Assembly: GCA_002399405.1 (NCBI GenBank)
Contig: DHDP01000013.1
Span: forward strand, 150,784-214,783
DNA length: 64,000 bases
Source of the DNA: Treponema sp. UBA4873
GTDB taxonomy: Bacteria > Spirochaetota > Spirochaetia > Treponematales > Treponemataceae
Direction of reading: 5' to 3'
Every line of letters begins with the position of its first letter. Positions within the stretch are counted from its first letter, which is position 1. The notes under the pieces are model-generated. The model had not been told where the DNA came from. It worked only from the letters and a program-made list of their open reading frames with translations, and did no database searches. Shown here in pieces: positions 63,546 to 64,000 of this stretch. The translations under genes were made by a program, and so were the position numbers.

Positions 63546-64000
63546 TGCGGTTGCCGGAGCGTTCAGAGTCCTCTTCCTCGGCCGGAATTTCGTCCGCCTT
63601 CTCGAAGGTCTGCTTGTAACAATCCGCATTGCCGCAGTTTCCGTCGCGCTTTCGCTCGTATCCGGCGTTTTTTTCGGCATGCTTATGACGGTAAAAAACA
63701 AACCGCTGCATGTGATGTGCAAAATTTATCTCGAATTTATGCGGATTATGCCGCAGCTCGTCCTGCTGTTTCTCGCGTATTTCGGACTTACGAGGACGTT
63801 CGGTTTTCACATTTCGGGAGAGACGTCCGTACTGCTCGTGTTTACGCTCTGGGGAACGGCGGAGATGGGAGACCTTGTCCGCGGCGCGCTCGAGTCGATT
63901 CCGCAGCATCAGTACGAGAGCGGACGCGCGCTCGGCCTCACCGAACGGCAGATATTCTTTTTCATCGTCATTCCGCAGACTGTCCGCAGACTTGTGCCGC
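63523..64000 (+). CDS. second amino acid ABC transporter permease, 3' end cut by window edge (not in the supplied ORF track)
   Basis: My own translation from ATG 63523 (frame 1) stays open to nt 64000: MVSSALSDAVAGAF...QHQYESGRALGLTERQIFFFIVIPQTVRRLVP (EAA motif). Overlaps the preceding permease by 23 nt. Confidence 0.8.
   Translation, partial: MVSSALSDAVAGAFRVLFLGRNFVRLLEGLLVTIRIAAVSVALSLVSGVFFGMLMTVKNKPLHVMCKIYLEFMRIMPQLVLLFLAYFGLTRTFGFHISGETSVLLVFTLWGTAEMGDLVRGALESIPQHQYESGRALGLTERQIFFFIVIPQTVRRLVP

Noticed and set aside
62889-63722. 277-aa minus-strand ORF over the two ABC permease genes
   Set aside because: It lies antisense to permeases with clear EAA motifs and has no features of its own.
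1-64000. CRISPR arrays, IS elements, prophage or toxin-antitoxin/defence modules
   Set aside because: I looked for regularly spaced direct repeats, transposase- or integrase-like translations and small paired ORFs, and found none. The only repeated non-coding units are the three promoter-leader cassettes and the tandem tRNA-Gly.

Overview
Chromosomal window from a spirochaete-like (Treponema-type) genome, judged from gene content and order recognised by eye; no search was run. GC is about 50-58% by spot counts. (1) 1-23.4 kb is housekeeping: partial tsaB, a minus-strand late flagellar operon (flgN-like, flgK, flgL, fliW, csrA) with a sigma28-like promoter, a six-tRNA cluster (His, Arg, Lys, Leu, Gly x2), tig-clpP-clpX, a GT4 glycosyltransferase, a DEAD-box helicase, smc, lipoproteins, serS, aconitase, a ComFB-domain protein and tRNA-Val. 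(2) 23.4-30.9 kb is a visibly AT-rich accessory block next to tRNA-Val: two enolase-superfamily paralogs flanking an APC permease, a GntR/FCD regulator and a dCache chemoreceptor. (3) 30.9-61.5 kb is about 30 kb of exclusively minus-strand genes that read as one sulfur-acquisition supra-regulon. In transcription order: metE-like; leader C; Fe-ADH-like; aminotransferase; an orphan nitrogenase-like D/K pair; DUF2318; an HMA-membrane-cupredoxin fusion; a two-component system; leader B; a polar amino acid ABC transporter plus M20 amidohydrolases; leader A; cysK; an SsuABC-like transporter interrupted by an FtsX-type ABC module plus a DUF4418-like gene; a YheO-like regulator; a second amino acid ABC transporter; GNAT; four tandem Xi-class GST (glutathionyl-hydroquinone reductase-like) paralogs; an M20 peptidase. 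(4) 61.6-64 kb on the plus strand holds a trans-sulfuration PLP enzyme and two ABC permeases. The strongest leads are: the nitrogenase-like pair wired into sulfur genes (a possible methylthio-alkane-reductase-like system); three copies of a conserved promoter, 5' leader and terminator cassette that I cannot assign to a known riboswitch class; a recurring ACCTA-N9-TAGGTAA palindrome at six control regions; and the four-fold GST-Xi array. All product calls come from motif recognition in the supplied translations. No database search, HMM or folding program was run.
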